DNA of 63,482 nt, the filler included, from Thraustochytrium aureum (Eukaryota): the NCBI GenBank assembly GCA_012862495.1. It is 8 parts of 4 records of this genome, joined end to end, with 100 filler letters (N's around TTAATTAATTAA, not from the genome) between each part and the next. Parts side by side here need not be neighbours in the genome. Positions count along the whole stretch, not along the records: positions 1 to 15,316 come from BLSG01000176.1; positions 15,417 to 28,661 come from BLSG01000177.1; 6 more parts are not named here. One strand, given 5' to 3'. Of this stretch, positions 11,301 through 23,200 are shown one piece after another. Under the pieces are notes generated by a model. It ran no database searches. It was not told where the DNA came from and worked only from the letters and a program-made list of their open reading frames with translations. Position numbers and translations under genes: made by a program. Position 1 is the first letter of the stretch; every line of letters starts with the position of its first letter.

Positions 11301-14300
11301 GCCCTGAGCATCGCAACTTTGTCGAAAGCTTGAGGATGGGCGGGCGCGAAGTAGACAGGGACCTCGTTCTGCACTTTTTGTCGAGCCACCCAGAACAAGC
11401 CACAGCACTTGTCAACTCGATATGCACTCGGGGCAGGCCGCACGTGCAGTGGCCTGCGGCCCGCGAGCAAGCGCGCCTGGACCTCGAGGCGCGTTGCAAA
11501 GGGCGCTCTCACGTCAAACTGCAGGGCGTTTTTGTTGCCCACACGCTGCTTTCTCTGGGGGCCACCAGGGTATTTTCTGAGGGCACTGTGGCAGCTCAAC
11601 TGGCCGTTGCCAGTCCTTACAGCGCGCTGGAACCGCTGGCGCGGCTTGCTTCTGAGGATTCTAGCTGTTCTCGAGTCTCGCATTCGACGATTGCGGCGGT
11701 GGTCTCGCCGCCGCAGAACTGGGACGAGCTGATGTCCAAAGTTGAGTTTGCTCAACGCGCAGGGGCCGGGCTTGCCGTGTGCTTTTGCCCGCCATCAGCA
11801 TCAACGCTTGTCGCGAGAGCCGCTCCAGCGCGCTGGGCTTCGCCAGGGATCCCGTTCCTCTTCGTTCACGATCAGTACAGCAGCGACGAGGCAAGACAGT
11901 GCGCTGACGGGGCTGCGCTTGAAATCTGCCTGGGGGCACCGCCCTCGGAAGACGACTCTGGGTCAGGGGAGCCCGAGACAGCGACTTCTGTCGAGTCGAT
12001 TGAGTCCGTTCAAGAGGCGGCTGGCGTCGAAAGTGTCGCGCGGGGCGTCATTTGGTCGCCTTGCGTCACGTTCTTCCATGCTACGCACGCAGACGGGTTT
12101 TGCCCGACCGACGTCGCTCTGGACACAGTGATTGCGGAGACCGGCCGCTGTGCCGTCTCGGCTCTCGATCGGCTGGAGCCCCGAAGCAACGAGCGGGCGC
12201 AGCGGCGAGCGCCAGTTCGTAACCTTGTTCGATCCCTGGAGGTGCTATTCGGACCGGACAGCTCGAGCACTGGTGACTTGGCAGAGGACGCTGCAGAAGC
12301 TCGGAGCCGGCCTCTTGTCGGTCGTGCCCACGCCGCCGTCTCGGCAGCGTCCGAAATGGAGAGCTGGGTCGCCTCTATTCGGCGCATTTTGTCCAGCGAG
12401 ACGACGCTGCAGCTTGCCGATGTCGACGCTCTGGTAAGCCGCGTAGTGAGGCACGGGACGCGCGAGGTCGAGGAAGAGCTGGACTTGCGGCTCCCGCCGC
12501 ATCCAACGCGAGGTCGGGCGCCGGCTCTGCGGCGCCAGCGTGCCGCCGACGCAGAGACTCTCACGGACACAGCGGGTGGCCCCGCTCCTGCTGCAGCAGT
12601 TGATTCGCTCGTCGGATGCCGTGTCCGCGTGCAGCTCAGCAGCGCTGAGTTTGACGCGCTTTGCTCGCTGGACAGGATCATAGGGCTGCATCGCTCTGGG
12701 AGTTTGCACGGGGGCGGCGAGGCGCCCAGAGCGAGGCGGCGATCGCATTTTGGAGGGGCGACGGCAAGGCACGGGTCGAGGCGGACGGAGAGCTTTCAGG
12801 TTGGCACGTGGTCGACCGGAAGGGCCGCNNNNNNNNNNNNNNNNNNNNNNNNNNNNNNNNNNNNNNNNNNNNNNNNNNNNNNNNNNNNNNNNNNNNNNNN
12901 NNNNNNNNNNNNNNNNNNNNNNNNNNNNNNNNNNNNNNNNNNNNNNNNNNNNNNNNNNNNNNNNNNNNNNNNNNNNNNNNNNNNNNNNNNNNNNNCCGCG
13001 GCTCGACGCGCTCCTCCGATGCTGGGTTCCCGAGATGGAAGTGAAGTTCTCGCGGCTCCAAGCTGCGGGCGTGCAGGCCCGGGGTCAGATTTACAGAGTG
13101 GACAAGGCTGCGCGGTGCGCCCTCGTTGGACTGGATGCGCCGCCCGGGGTCGCCACGTCTCAAATCGCGGAGGAAGCCTGGTGGCTGCCGCTTGAGGCTC
13201 TTCTCATAGAAACGGAGAGCTCAACGAGCGTCGTTGGCTCGGGCGAGACTCTCGAAGAGGTGGCAGCGGAAGCCGGGAAAACGCTTCGGTGCGCACTTAG
13301 CCGTCGTATCCTTCTGGCGCTGGCCGCGCGAGGCGCAAACCTGCTTGACTTGGGGGCATGGCGAGAGCTTTGCGACACAGGCGGGCTCGCCGATATCTTC
13401 AGGCGCCGGCATATTGTCGAAGTCGCGTGCGAGCGAAGCGCCGGCGGCGCTGTCGCTGAATTGGCAGCTGACGAGCGAATCCGCGCTGACCCGCTCGGGG
13501 TTGCTGGGGATCTTGCCCGAGTTCGAGCGATGGCGCGGTCGTTCAGCGAGGAGTTCTTTACTGGACTCGAGGATGGCGCAGGGCTGGCTAAGCCTAGCTC
13601 TTCTTGCGCGGAACTTGACGTGGTCGTTTCTGCCGCGAGTTGCGGCAAGACCACAACGCTGAGACTTGCCGAGGACAAGCGCGATGGGACCTCGGTGCTG
13701 GAGTTTGCTGAGGCAGAAGACGAGGCGGGCTCGCGGACCGATGCACCAACGCGACGTTGCGACTCCTCCAGCTCAGTCTTGGAGTCAAGATCCCGGGCAG
13801 CAGAAGGCACCTCTTGGGTTGACACGGCAGATGGGTACCTGAACATCGTTGACCACTCCCTCCCTGAGCCGCGGCTGGAGGTCTTTGCCGACGCTGCATG
13901 CACGCGGCTCTTGCGCGTCGTGACGAAATGGGTCCAACACCCAGAGCGGTTTGATTCCCGCAGCGAGACCCCGGATGGGACTTGGGGCGACCAGGCGCGA
14001 CAGCTCCGTATCGCTCAATGGCAAAAGGCGCTGCACGAGAGGCGCCCGCTCGTCGTGCAGGGCTCGGCAGTGTATCTTCGTTTTGTGGCAAAGGCGGGCC
14101 GCAATGGCTCTAGTTCGCGTGGCGCGCTGGGCCGGATGTTTCCGAAACAGGTGCGACTCTCGCGCGCCGACCCATTTGTATTGTTGTCCGCGTTTCTCTC
14201 GGAGCGCCTGGAAGGCAGCACCGGGAGTGGGACAGCGGCGCAGGTGCGGCGCGCGCTTGTGCGCGGGGCCGACCCGCGCTGCCCTGCGACAGTTCGCGAG

Positions 14301-15316
14301 CTTCACTTGCGCCGGGCTGCAACCGGAATGCAGCTTCTCGACGCGCCGCTCCGCGAGATGGTCTGGACTTCCCTGGGCCCTGCAGGAGCGGCGCTTGTGG
14401 GCGAAGCCGAGGCCCGGATTGCCGCGGAGGCGCCGACGCGCGCCGAGGCGAGCGCCTCCACGCTCACGCAAGCACTATTCGAAGTCTGCGCCATGCGGCA
14501 GAGCGCAGTCGAGCGCGGGGCCGTCATCGACTGGAAGCTGGCGGCCAGGTTTGCTTCTCTGGCGCAGGCCTTGGCGCGGAGCGAAGCGCTCAAGGTGGAC
14601 GCAGATCTGCAGGCCGCACTTGGTGCGCAGGGCATCGCGCTCGCTGCAGCTGCCGAGCAAGACTTGACCGAAGACCAGTTCCAAGCGACCAAGGCGTTTA
14701 GCCGGCGGCTCGCGCGGCTCGGGACTCTTGGCGAAGTGCGAGCCAAGGCGAAAGTGCTCCTCGAGTGGAACGAGCTACTCGACGAATTTGGGGTGCTCGT
14801 TGACATGCGGCTCTGTCGGGTGCGCGACGGCTGGGGCCTCGCTGCCTGCGTCGCGCGGTGCCGAGGGCTCGTGTCGCCTCAGCGCGCGAAAGAAAGGGCG
14901 GAAATGCACATTTTGCGCGCTCAAGCTGCCCCGATCTCGGCTCGGCCACGGCTCTCGGTTGACCGTTGGGCCGCCCCGTCGGCTGCACGACTCGACGCCT
15001 ACCTTGTCGGGACGCAGATCGACCGGGTTGATGGGCGAGCGGGAGTTGTCGTAGCGCAGCCAACATGCGTCGCTGTTGCCGCTGCGCCGAGCAGGTCGAG
15101 CGAAGCGCGCACAGGGGGCGTCGACGCGAACGAGTCGCTTTTTGTGCAAGCGTTCAGGCAGCTGGAGCAGGTTCCAGCAAGTGCTTTGCGCCAGCAGATC
15201 TGCTCGCCACACATCAGCTTTGAGGTCTTGTTTTCGAGCGAGCACGTAGCAGGCGACGCAGGGCCATGGCGCGAGTTTTTCACGCAGCTTTGCCACGAGC
15301 TCCACCAAGTGGACTC
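3546..15316 (+). CDS. Giant HECT-domain E3 ubiquitin ligase (HERC/HECTD-like, roughly 3,900+ aa); 3' truncated at linker, multiple frameshifts and gaps
   Basis: Contiguous + strand ORFs (3504.., 4937.., 5470.., 6040..10584, 9648.., 10847.., 12750..) end in ESLFVQAFRQLEQVPASALRQ...FEVLFSSEHVAGDAGPWREFFTQLCHEL, the HECT N-lobe start motif (F.V.F.GE...D.GGP.RE.F...C.EL). Candidate start ATG 3546. That all pieces form one gene is inferred. Confidence 0.7.
8302..8331 (+). repeat. (GCT)9 GCG trinucleotide repeat encoding poly-Ala10 inside the HECT ligase
   Basis: Directly visible; in frame with ORF 6040..10584 (VVLAAAAAAAAAARPP). Confidence 0.95.
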
Positions 15317-15416
15317 NNNNNNNNNNNNNNNNNNNNNNNNNNNNNNNNNNNNNNNNNNNNTTAATTAATTAANNNNNNNNNNNNNNNNNNNNNNNNNNNN
15401 NNNNNNNNNNNNNNNN
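15317..15416. other. Artificial scaffold linker N44-TTAATTAATTAA-N44
   Basis: 12-mer carrying stops in all six frames at 15361-15372, flanked by 44 N on each side; the identical unit recurs seven times. Confidence 0.97.
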
Positions 15417-15592
15417 GCAGGGGAATTAAGGGAGCCCAGCTCGCGTTCGTCCAAGGGAACGCCTCTAGTGCTCTTTTTGCTCGCGAGCATACCGTTGTTC
15501 TTTCCACGCAGGGAATGTAGGGAGCCCAGCTCGCGTTCGTCTGAAGAACGCCTCCTGTGCTTGTTTTGCTCGCGAGCATACCGTTGTTCTTT
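15417..15592. repeat. Tandem repeat of about 90 bp (two copies visible at the scaffold edge) with internal hairpins
   Basis: Copies at 15417-15507 and 15508-~15592 share AGGGAGCCCAGCTCGCGTTCGTC...GAACGCCTC...GTGCT...TTTTGCTCGCGAGCATACCGTTGTTCTTT. Confidence 0.9.
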
Positions 15593-17206
15593 TGTACTGG
15601 TGAAGGCGTCGCTGTTCGTTCGTTCTCGTGTTTCTTCGCATTGTTCTTCTCCACAGGAAAAGCTTCTTTTGTTCGCGGATCGCTTCGTTCTCAGTCCCCC
15701 AGAGTGACGCGCATCGCCGAGCGGAATCGTCGCTCACAATTACAAAACAGCGGCATTCCCAGAGTCTCTCACATTGTCTTTCGCCTGGTCTTGTGCGTGA
15801 CGTGCCCCGCCGATTCGCGGTGCGCGCGACGACGTCGTAGGGGCGCTGGAGCTGGGTCATCGCTGCGCGCGCATACGCCGTTGCAGGGAGCGCCTACCTC
15901 CCGCGCCACCGGATAAACAGGAGCTGCTCTTGCGCCTGGGACGACCAGGTGCTTCGAGCGGCAGTCGCGCAATAGTTGCTGCGTAGCCCACGGCCTTTGG
16001 GACCGCGGGCCAGCAAAGATACCTGCGCGCTTGCCTTTTACGTGACTGACGTGCCTGCGACGTCGTTTGTGGCGATGCGCCGCGCTGCCCGGCGGCGGTG
16101 CTCTGGCTCGCTGGCGACGCTCGCTGGCCGGCTGGCTGGCTCTGCTGCTTGCGTTCACCCCGAACGCGAGTCGTCCCGTGGTGGGCCGGCCGTGCGTGCT
16201 TCATCGTCACAGGGTTGATGGGCGGAAACGTGGGAAAATTGGGCCTGAAATGGGGGCGCGCAGGCAATCCTCTCAGCGCCTCGCGGGAATGCGCAAGCTG
16301 TTGGGCCGCCGAGTAGCGGGGTTGAGAGCGCTGGCGCGTTGTGCCCGTTTTCCCTGTCACGGCGCGGGCCTGCCAGTGCGGAGGCATCAGAATTCAGAAC
16401 TGACAGGCTCTCGTTTTGTTTCCTTCTTTTGATTGAAGAAAGCTTTAGCTTGACTCGGCGTTGGTTTTCGCAACTTTTTTCAGCGCAGCACTGCGCAGCG
16501 GCATTCGGAATGCATGCGACAATCGGTGGCGGACCCGGAAGACGACGGATTCGCTTGGCGCGGCAGACCCCAAACGACGACACGGATTCGGAATTGAATC
16601 GGCAAGCAAAACAAGGCTGCGTCGTTCTCCCAGCGACGCAGACGCAGGCGTCACGCCCAACGAGGCCCGCTTCCGTCCGTCCGAAAGCAGAGCCCAAGAT
16701 CATCATCATCCATCGATCGTCTCTCTGCCTCGAGAGAACAGGAGGGGACTGGGAACGCGAATTCCCAAATCGATTGAAAAAGCACCGGACTGACGACTCG
16801 GCCGCTTCTGCATCAGCCCTGGCCTGGCTCGCACGCAAGGCCACGACGCTCGCGAGAGACGCTGACCAGCTCCGGTGGGTAGCTTGCAAAGAGAGGGCAC
16901 TACGTCGCACGCTGCAACGCAGGGCGCTGGCTGCGCGTCGACAACCCCTCTCGCGACCGCTCGAGTGCGTCAAGAGCGAGGAGGATACTCCTGGCCAACG
17001 CGCCGGGGGCTCGCACAGGCACGTTAGCGCTCAGTGACGTCTCTGCGTTGTAGTGCAGGAGCGGCGACGGAGTGTCGAGTCCCAACAAAGCAGCTCGCGC
17101 CCAAACGCAGCTAGGCGGCTCAGACCCCGAAGCCCAACAAGCCCCGAGCGGCACCGCACCAGAGTCGCATCAAGCAGCGCCAGCAAGGCAGACATACGAC
17201 AACAAG

Positions 17207-20200
17207 ATGGCCGCGAACGCAAGCGCCCCGAGCAACCAAAGCGGGCCGATCACGCAGGCGCCAGAGGAGCAAGAAAGCGACGCGCTCGCCCAGGCCGCAG
17301 ACCGCGCCGCGAGCTCGACCCACAAGGACCGCGCAACACACGCCTGGGCTCGCCCAGGATAGCGGCGCCCGGGTCGTCGCCGCCTTCAATGGGCAGGGCA
17401 ACGACTACATGACCGAGCTGCGAGCTCTCCACTCGCGCGGCTCGCCTGGCGTCGTCCGCTTCCTTGCGGCGGGCGCCGCGGCCATCAAGGCCGAGGCGCA
17501 GTCGCCCGAATACAACGGATGGTACGACAAGCGCCACGGGATGGACGTGCTCTCCTGGATCGCGGGGGAAGGCGACACGGCTGGCGTGCTTCCACCGCGG
17601 GCCTATCTCTTCGCTGCGCCCGTCTCGTACCCGCTGATCCTTCTCACGCAGCTCGCGGCGTACCTGGAGACGCTCGACCGGTTGGGCACAACGCACGACG
17701 AGGCTCTCCGCACGGGCTGGCTCAGCGCCACGACGGGCCACAGCCAAGGAATCATGGCCGCAATCGTGGTCGCGCAAGCCACCAGTGCCAACGACTTTGC
17801 CGACACCGCCTCGCCGTACCTGCGCCTCGCCGTAGCGATCGGCTGCCGTGCCCAGGCCGTGCTCGCGTTTGAGACCGCGGGTGCGGCCAAGGACTCCGAC
17901 CACTCTCCCANNNNNNNNNNNNNNNNNNNNNNNNNNNNNNNNNNNNNNNNNNNNNNNNNNNNNNNNNNNNNNNNNNNNNNNNNNNNNNNNNNNNNNNNNN
18001 NNNNNNNNNNNNNNNNNNNNNNNNNNNNNNNNNNNNNNNNNNNNNNNNNNNNNNNNNNNNNNNNNNNNNNNNNNNNNNNNNNNNNNNNNNNNNNNNNNNN
18101 NNNNNNNNNNNNNNNNNNNNNNNNNNNNNNNNNNNNNNNNNNNNNNNNNNNNNNNNCCATGCTTGCGGTCCGCGGCATGGAACGGCAGCGCCTGCAGGCC
18201 ACCCTCTCGCGACGCAGCGCCACATCCGTGCGGTGCTGGAGCTCCAGCCCCAGTACGCCGCCGCCCCGGAGCTTGTCGCGCAAAAAACTGAAATGTACAT
18301 CTCGCTCCGCAACGGGCACGCCGACTTTGTGGTGTCCGGCAATATCAAGGCGCTGGTGGCCCTTCAAGCCGCCATCCAAAAGGCCAGCGCGGCTCCCGAC
18401 GACGCCCAGGCCCGCGTCCCCTTCTCGAAGCGCAAGCCGTCAACGCAGACCGTGTTCCTTTCGGTCACCGCGCCGTTCCACAGCGCAATGATGAGCCAAG
18501 CTGCGCTCGCCTTGGCCCAGGGCGACGCGCGCAGAATCGGCGTCAGCGCCGACAAGGCCGCCCTGGGTTCTCCCTGTCTTTAGCACCAAGGACGGCGCGG
18601 ACTTGCGCTCGGGGCCTGCGGGCCTCGCTGACGAGCTAGTTGCGCTGCAAATGGTCGAGCAGAACGACTTTGTGCAGACGCTCGGCCCAATCACCGCCGC
18701 GGGGTCGTATACGCACTTGGTTTGCTTTGGTCCGGGACGAGCGCTCTCTCGAATGGCCCACGACCTCGTCGTCGGCACGGGTCTGCAGGTCGTGGAAGCA
18801 GCAGCTGCAGCTCGGACCGACGGCTTGGACCACATCTCCGGTGCAAAACCTGCCCCAAAGGTCAGTCACCGCGTCCTGGGCCTCGAGCGCTTGCTCGCGG
18901 CGCCGCAGTGCGTCCCCAGAGGCGTGAGCTGGTCCGAGGAGCTCAGCCCGCGTATCGTTGTCCGGGCGAGCGACGGCAAGCAGTTTGTGGACACCAAGTA
19001 CACGCGCGTTCTCGGCAAGCCGCCCGTCCTCATGTCCGGCATGACGCCGACGACCTCGTACCTGGGCGTCGACCTCGTGGCTGCCTGCAACAACGCCGGG
19101 TTCCAGGGCGAGCTTGCGGCCGGCGGGCTGGCGATCCCGGCGCACTTTCGCGCCAAGGTGGAGGAGCTCTTCGCGAAGAGCGTCCCTGGCGTCGGCATCA
19201 ACATCAATATGCTCTACCTCAACTCGCACCAGTGGAGCTTCCAGTTCCCGCTAGTGCTGGAATTCGCCAAGGCGGGCTACCCGATCGAGTCGATCACCAT
19301 CGGCGCAGGCGTGCCAACCCCGGGAAAGGCCGAGGAGATCTTCAGCGGGCTCAAGGAGGCGGGCGTCAAGCTCATAGGGTTCAAGCCTGGCTCAATCCAG
19401 GCCATTCGCGACGTGCTCGAGCTCGCGCGTCTCCACCCCGACATGAACATCATGCTCCAGTGGACATCTGGCCGCGGCGGGGGCCACCACTCGTTCGAGG
19501 ACTTTCACGTCCCGCTCCTCGAGACTTATGCGAGCATCCGCGAGCACGAGAACGTGCTCCTCGTGGTGGGCTCCGGGTTTGGGGACGCGGCGGGCTCGTT
19601 TCCTTACCTGGACGGCTCGTGGGCGACAAAGGCGCCCTTCGCACGAGCTGCGCCGATGCCGGTTGACGGCGTCCTGTTCGGCTCGCGATGCATGGTGGCC
19701 AAAGAGGCCGCGACGTCGCCTGCGGTCAAGAAGATGATCGTCGACGCCCCCGGCGTGAGCGACGAAAAGGAGTGGGACATTTCCTACGACCAAGACGCAG
19801 GCGGCGTCATCACGGTGCAGAGCGAGCTCGGGGAGCCGATACACAAGATCCACACCCGGGGCATGCGGCTTTGGAAAAAAGTACGACACCAAGTACTTTT
19901 CGCTCCCGCGCGGCCCGCAGCGCGAGGCCGCCATCGCTGCCGACAAGCAGACGATCATCCAAGAGCTGAACGCCGACTTTCAAAAGGTCTACTTTGGCCG
20001 CCGCACGGACGGCGCCCCGGCCGACTTGGAGGACATGACCTACGCCGACGTGCTCAATCGCATGGTCGAGCTCATGTTTGTGCGCGCGGGGGCGACCCCG
20101 CTGGCCGCCTGCCCCGGACCGCTGGATTGACACCACGTACCAGACGCGCACCTTCAAGATGATGCAGCGCACCGAGCGCCGGTTTCTGGCGCGCGAAGGC

Positions 20201-23200
20201 GCCGCCTCCTTTGTGGCCGATGCCGCCCGCCTCGACGCGCCCGCGCCAGAGCGCTTCGTGGCCGAGTTTGTCGCCAAGTACCCTGCCTGCGCGGAGACCT
20301 TGCTCGCGGACGAAGACGTCGAGTTCTTTGTCGACCTCTGCAAGGACCTGCNNNNNNNNNNNNNNNNNNNNNNNNNNNNNNNNNNNNNNNNNNNNNNNNN
20401 NNNNNNNNNNNNNNNNNNNNNNNNNNNNNNNNNNNNNNNNNNNNNNNNNNNNNNNNNNNNNNNNNNNNNNNNNNNNNNNNNNNNNNNNNNNNNNNNNNNN
20501 NNNNNNNNNNNNNNNNNNNNNNNNNNNNNNNNNNNNNNNNNNNNNNNNNNNNNNNNNNNNNNNNNNNNNNNNNNNNNNNNNNNNNGAAAGACTCGCTCTG
20601 GTTCTCGGAGCAGCTCGATGCGGTGCCTGGTCGCGACCCAGGCCGGGTCTGCGTGCTGCACGGGCCGGTGGCCGCCAGATTCTCTACCAAGGTGGACGAG
20701 CCCATTTCGGAGATCCTGGGTGGCATCCACCAGGGATATCTTGACCTGATTGCTGGCCGCGCCGCCCAAGGCGCCCAGCTGGCGCATGTCAACCTCCTGT
20801 GCCCTGCCGCGCTCGCTGTGGCGCCGTGGGCCGAGGTTGCCGCCGCCACCCCTCGCGTCGTGCGAAACAAACGCTGGGTCCCCAATCCGATCGCGCTCCT
20901 TTGCGCGCGGCCCGGCACCGCAACACGGCGCCCAAGCGAGGACGAAGTTGAGCTCGTCGCCCCTGACGGCGACATCGTTGCCAAGGTTCGTCGCGTCGGG
21001 TCGGCGCGAATCGAGCTCGATGTAATCGACACCGAGGTCCCCGGCGCGGTGCTCAAGCACACCTTTTTTTACCGGCCCGACACGCCGACGATGCCCTTGC
21101 ATCAAGGCGACGACTACGACGAGGAGATCAAGCGACTCTACCGCACCGTTTGGGATTGCAAGGAACATGTCACCCTGCAGGATACCTTCACGGACAGCAC
21201 CACGCTGACAGAAGAGGACATCGTCCTGTTTAATGCCGCGATCGGAAACGTCGCCCCGGCAACCGCGGAACCGAGCCGCGAGGGCTCGATCGACATTGCG
21301 ACGATGGCAGGCTGGCGCCCGCTCATCCGCGCTCTCTTTGCCGACGACCTCCAGGGCAATTTGCTAAAGCTCGTCCACCTGGCGCACGGGTATCGGCTGG
21401 TCCCGCCTCCCAGCGAGCGGCGCCCCGTCCGTGCAGGCGAGACGCTGGACTCGCGAGCGGTTGTTCGCAGTGTCCAGATCGAACCGGGCGTCGGCAAAAA
21501 AGGTTCGCGTAGAAGGCGCGCTGTGGCGATACACGACGTCTGGCGAGCGATACGAGTGGCTGGCGCTGCACTCTGAGTTTCTCATCCGGGGCGCGTTCTC
21601 GGACTGGGAGCGCACGTTCTCCACCCATAGCTACGAAGCGACTGTTATCTGCAGCGACCCCGTCAAGGCCGCCGTGCTCGCGTCCAAGCCGTGGATCGAG
21701 CTCTCCAAGCGAGTTGACGTCGGCGACACGCTGCACTTCCGGCTCGCTCTGGTGAAAGAGCGAGGTGCGGGCCCCGCGGCGATCACCGACGTCAAGGTCG
21801 AAGGCGTCGTCCTGCGCCAGGGCCGTGGCTCCGTCCAGGCTTTCCCGCTGTCCCCGAGCGGGTTGGCGCACTCTGACGACTCGGATAGCGACGGCTTTGT
21901 TGAGCTGCAACGGGGAGGACGCGCCGGCCTCGAGCAAGTGGGCCGCGTCTCGTTCCAAACGAGACCGGGCGAGGCTGTCCCTGCCAACCCTGTGACAGAG
22001 TTCCTCGAGCGCGAGCGCGAGCCTGCCAACGTGGGAACCATGTTTGAGTCGGGCGNNNNNNNNNNNNNNNNNNNNNNNNNNNNNNNNNNNNNNNNNNNNN
22101 NNNNNNNNNNNNNNNNNNNNNNNNNNNNNNNNNNNNNNNNNNNNNNNNNNNNNNNNNNNNNNNNNNNNNNNNNNNNNNNNNNNNNNNNNNNNNNNNNNNN
22201 NNNNNNNNNNNNNNNNNNNNNNNNNNNNNNNNNGATGTGGACCGCCGCGATGGGGCGCGGCGTCTTGGAGCGCGCAGCAGGGGGCGCTGCGGAGGACCCG
22301 TCGCGCATCGCCTCTTACGAGGTCGACTTTGTGGGGATGGTGTTCCCCGGAGACCCCCTGGCGGTCACGCTTCAGCACGTAGGCGTGGTCGGAGGGCGCA
22401 AACTTGTGCACGTGCGCGTAAACAAGCTCGACGCCAGTCGCCAGCTCGTAATGGTGGCCCGCGCGGAGCTCGAGCAGCCCAAGACAGCCTATTTGTTCAC
22501 TGGTCAGGGCTCGGCCGAGGTTGGCATGGGCATGGACCGGTACGGCGAACTCGACCTGGTCCGCAAGGTCTGGGATACGGCCGACAAACACCTCAAGGCC
22601 ATGTACGGGTTTTCGATCCTCCGGATTGTGCGCGAAAACCCAAAGTCGCTCACAGTGCACTTTGGGGGCCCCCAAGGCAAGCGCATCCGCGACAACTACC
22701 GGCGCATTCGCACCGAGGACCCAGACACCGGCAAGATGGTGCCGCTAATTCGCGAGATTCGGGCCAACACCAAGTCGTTCACGTTCCACTCACCCCAAGG
22801 GTTATTGTTCGCCACGCAGTTTTCGCAGCCCGCTCTCGTGCTGGTCCAGAAGGCGGCCTTTGAAGAGCTCGTGGAAGGCGGCTTTGTCCCTGACGACGCC
22901 GTTTTCGCAGGCCACTCTTTGGGCGAGTACGCCGCCCTCGCCTCGTTCGCCGATGTGCTCTCGATCGAGGCCCTCGTCGAGACGGTCTTCCTCCGCGGGA
23001 TGGTCATGCAGAACGCGGTGCCCCGCGACGCCGCGGGACGGTCCAACTACGGCATGGTTGCCGCCAACCCGTCTCGGATCGGCGCGCGCTTCACCCCAGA
23101 GGACCTCGAGCGCGCTGTCGACATGGTTAGCGCAGCAGCGGACGGCGCACTCCTCCAGATCGTCAACTTTAACGTGCGCGGCTTTCAGTACGTGGTCGCC

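Noticed and set aside
15541..15547. CTGAAGA in repeat copy 2, resembling the hammerhead CUGANGA core
   Set aside because: Absent from copy 1, and no correctly placed GAAA or stem II follows.
15600..17200. Short ORFs upstream of FAS (e.g. 16339..17037, 16155..16973)
   Set aside because: No recognisable motifs or codon bias; more likely promoter and 5' UTR sequence.
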